64,000 nucleotides of DNA from Alphaproteobacteria bacterium (GTDB lineage Bacteria > Pseudomonadota > Alphaproteobacteria > UBA2966): positions 960,001 to 1,024,000 of the forward strand of contig OZ219858.1 in assembly GCA_964291395.2 (NCBI GenBank), written 5' to 3'. The notes beneath the pieces were generated by a model. The model searched no databases. It was not told the DNA's origin and saw only the letters and a program-made list of their open reading frames with translations. Of this stretch, positions 61,271 through 64,000 are shown one piece after another (positions within the stretch are counted from its first letter, which is position 1; every line of letters begins with the position of its first letter). Position numbers and translations under genes: made by a program.

Positions 61271-62278
61271 TCACGCCGTCGCGCGCCGGGGTGCTGCCGG
61301 CGTCAGGGTTCCCAGGCGGTGGTTCACGATGTCCGCTGCCTCCAGGACGATGCGGTCGATGAGTTCCTTGACCGTGGGGATGTCCCGGATGAGGCCGACG
61401 GTCTGTCCTCCCCAGATGATTCCGTGGTCGAGGTCGCCGGTCTCCAGCACCTGCCGGCTCTTTTCGCCCGAGACGTATTCGATCAGGTCTTCGATGGTGT
61501 GATCCGGGTTCGACGTCTCCACTTCCTGGATCTTTTCCGCCACGCTGTTCTTCAGGATTCGGGCGGTGTTGCGCAGTTTGCGGAAGATCAGCATCGTGTC
61601 GCGCTCGGAACACTGCACCATGAACTGTTTCACGTTGTCGTGAACCGGCGCCTCCCGGGTTGCCACCATCCGTGATCCCATGTTGATCGCGTCGGCACCC
61701 AACGCCAGTGCCGCGACGAGGCCTCTTGCGTCCGCGAATCCGCCGGAGGCCACGATCGGAATGTCGATCTGGTCGGCCGACGCCGGCAGAAGCACGAGTC
61801 CCGGCACGTCGTCCTCGCCCGGATGACCCGCGCATTCGAGACCGTCGATCCCGACGGCGTCGCATCCGATGCTCTGTGCCTTCAGGCCGTGCCGAACCGA
61901 GGTGCACTTGTGCAGCGTCTTGGCGCCGGCTTCCTTGAAGATGGGCATGAAGGGTTCCGGATTGCGTCCTGCCGTCTCGATGATCCTCACACCGGACTCG
62001 ACGGCTGCCCGCGCGTACTCCTCGTAGGGGACCGGCGTCAGGGTCGGCAGGATCGTCAGATTGACGCCGAACGGCTTGTCCGTCATGTCGCGCGTGCGCT
62101 GAATTTCCTTGACCAGGTCCTCGGGCGTCGGTTGCGTCAGCGCGGTGAGGAACCCGAGGGCGCCCGCGTTCGCGACCGCCGACACGAGTTCGGCCGTGCC
62201 CACGCCCTGCAGGCCGCCCTGGACGAGCGGATGCTCGATGCCGAACAACTCGGTTACGCGCGTCTTGAACATGGTCAT
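61271..62278 (-). CDS. Nitronate monooxygenase / FabK-like flavin oxidoreductase
   Basis: PLVQGG, PFGVNLT, ETAG, HKCTSVRH, ECAGHPG, ASGGFADARG. Confidence 0.9.
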   Translation of the reverse strand: MTMFKTRVTELFGIEHPLVQGGLQGVGTAELVSAVANAGALGFLTALTQPTPEDLVKEIQRTRDMTDKPFGVNLTILPTLTPVPYEEYARAAVESGVRIIETAGRNPEPFMPIFKEAGAKTLHKCTSVRHGLKAQSIGCDAVGIDGLECAGHPGEDDVPGLVLLPASADQIDIPIVASGGFADARGLVAALALGADAINMGSRMVATREAPVHDNVKQFMVQCSERDTMLIFRKLRNTARILKNSVAEKIQEVETSNPDHTIEDLIEYVSGEKSRQVLETGDLDHGIIWGGQTVGLIRDIPTVKELIDRIVLEAADIVNHRLGTLTPAAPRRATA

Positions 62279-62476
62279 CTCCGGTCCGTCACGTCGAGTG
62301 GATCGCCAGTCCGGCCGCAACGACCGCAGACCCCGCCGATGGCGCCGGACGGCGAGCCTGGGAGTTTGGGGACCCGATCGACTAGACCATGCCGCTCTTC
62401 CGAATTCAACTCGGGCCGGCCGGACGGCAACGGTCTCCCTCCTCCCCGGCAGGGGCAGGGTCGGGGCGGCGCGGGC

Positions 62477-63274
62477 CTACCGTCCCTTGAATTCCGGCGC
62501 CCGTTTCTCCGTGAACGCGTTCAGCCCTTCGGTGAAATCCTCCGTGGCCGCGCAGCGGGCGAAGCTCTCCTTTTCGCGGTCGAGCTGGGTGCCCAGGTCC
62601 GACGTGAGCGACGAGTGAAGCAGCGCCTTGGTCCGGCCGAGGGCGGCCGTGGGGCCTTCCGCCAGCCGTGCCGCGAGCGCGCGGGTTTCCCGCTCCCGCT
62701 CCTCCGCCGGGACGACCTTGTTGACGAGCCCCAGCGACAGCGCCGTTTCCGCATCGAACCGGTCTCCGAGCATGGCGACCTCCATCGCCCTTTTCAGGCC
62801 GACGATCCGCGGCAGACCGTACGTTCCGCCGCCGTCGGGGCTGGTGCCGATCTTGATGTAGGCGAGGGTGAACACGGCGTCTTCCGCCGCGACCGCGAGA
62901 TCGCTGCCCATGGTGATGGACAGGCCCGCGCCCGCGACCGCTCCGTGGACGCTGGCGACGACCGGTTTGGGCAGCGCCTGCATGCCGGTCACGACCACAT
63001 GGAACCTGGAGATGAAGGAGCGGAACTGCTCCTGCCGGGCGTCGACGTCCATGGCCGCCCATTCCTGCATGAGCCGGATGTCGCCGCCCGCGCAAAAGTG
63101 CTTGCCCGCCCCTTGGAGGACGACGCAGCGGACATCGGGGTCGCGGCCCGCGCGGCCGAATGCGTCCGCCAGTCCGTCGACCATCTCGCCGCCCAGGACG
63201 TTGAGGCGGTCGGGCCAGTTCATCGTGATTGTCAGGACGCCGTCGGAAACGTCCTGCATAACCGCATCCGGCAT
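62477..63274 (-). CDS. Enoyl-CoA hydratase/isomerase
   Basis: FCAGGD, PKPVVASVHGAVAGAG, PDGGGT, AFTEKRAPEFKGR. Confidence 0.93.
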   Translation of the reverse strand: MPDAVMQDVSDGVLTITMNWPDRLNVLGGEMVDGLADAFGRAGRDPDVRCVVLQGAGKHFCAGGDIRLMQEWAAMDVDARQEQFRSFISRFHVVVTGMQALPKPVVASVHGAVAGAGLSITMGSDLAVAAEDAVFTLAYIKIGTSPDGGGTYGLPRIVGLKRAMEVAMLGDRFDAETALSLGLVNKVVPAEERERETRALAARLAEGPTAALGRTKALLHSSLTSDLGTQLDREKESFARCAATEDFTEGLNAFTEKRAPEFKGR

Positions 63275-63333
63275 GGGTTCCTCCGAAGCCGCGGGGTGGG
63301 GGGTGCCGGGCGCGCGCGGCCCGGCGGCTGTCC

Positions 63334-64000
63334 TTAGTGCGTCATGTGTTCGGGATCGATGGCGAACAACAGTTCCGACCCTCGCGTCACGGGTCCGAGC
63401 ATGGCGGCGGCACGCGGCAGGATGTGGTCGGCGTAGAACCGGGCCGTCGTGATCTTGGCGGCCAGAAACGCGTCGTCCCGGCCGCCGTTCGACAGATCCC
63501 GCTCCGCGGCCATTGCCGCGCGGGCCATCAGGTACCCTCCCGTCGTGACACCCAGCATGCGCTGATAGTCCGTAGCCCCGGCCGCCCATTCGTTGGCGTT
63601 CCCCGAGGCCCGCGTCTCGATCATCCAGTCCGTCGCCGCCGCGAGCCCGTCGACGGCGGCGGTCAGGCGAGCGGCCACCCCCGAAAGACCGTTGGACGCG
63701 GTGCCGAGCCGGTCGGCGGTCGCCCGCATGTCGTCCAGCAGCCCGCGGATGTGGCTGCCGCCGTCGAACGCCAGCTTTCGGCCCACGAGATCGAGCGCCT
63801 GAATCCCGTTCGTCCCCTCGTAGATTGGCGCGATCCGTGCATCGCGATAGTGCTGCGCGGCCCCGGTTTCCTCGATGAAGCCCATTCCGCCGTGAACCTG
63901 GATGCCGATCGACGCCACGTCGACGCCGACGTCGGTCGACCAGGACTTGACCACCGGGGTGAGGAGGTCGACGAGTCCCCGGCTGCGCCGGCGGCGTTCC
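63334..64000 (-). CDS. Acyl-CoA dehydrogenase, 3' part (DmdC-like; runs off the window edge)
   Basis: LLTPVVKSWSTD, GIQVHGGMGFIEETGAAQHYRDARIAPIYEGTNGIQALDL. Confidence 0.93.
   Translation of the reverse strand, partial: ERRRRSRGLVDLLTPVVKSWSTDVGVDVASIGIQVHGGMGFIEETGAAQHYRDARIAPIYEGTNGIQALDLVGRKLAFDGGSHIRGLLDDMRATADRLGTASNGLSGVAARLTAAVDGLAAATDWMIETRASGNANEWAAGATDYQRMLGVTTGGYLMARAAMAAERDLSNGGRDDAFLAAKITTARFYADHILPRAAAMLGPVTRGSELLFAIDPEHMTH

Overview
High-GC Alphaproteobacterial chromosome segment with Rhodospirillales-like gene order; a host-associated lifestyle is my inference from the gene decay. The core backbone runs proC-ybjN-ubiK / lgt-midA-pgeF-prs-rplY-pth / petABC-mtnP-apt-mtnA / hemF / pdxH-fabI-aroC / kefC-tlyA-xseB / HDAC-family / RND pump / fatty-acyl-CoA genes. 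Features hidden from the ORF track: (1) an AhpD-like selenoprotein in which two ORFs are joined by an in-frame UGA in an NGCFY-U-TAGH motif followed by a SECIS-like hairpin; (2) a fused class II aldolase/SDR in the ald2 position of an MTA/5'-deoxyadenosine salvage operon; (3) two integrase-free insertions (0.9 kb and 13.9 kb), each bounded by a ~56-bp duplication of a host gene's 3' end and carrying toxin-antitoxin genes; (4) a 19-codon ispA scar where ispA-dxs normally lie between xseB and tlyA; (5) a divergent YqgE / Pcm / spermidine-synthase-like membrane protein / ferredoxin cluster with predicted signal peptides; (6) several pseudogenes with transition-rich decay. No rRNA, tRNA, CRISPR array or intact transposase/integrase was seen. 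All calls come from reading motifs by eye; no searches were run.
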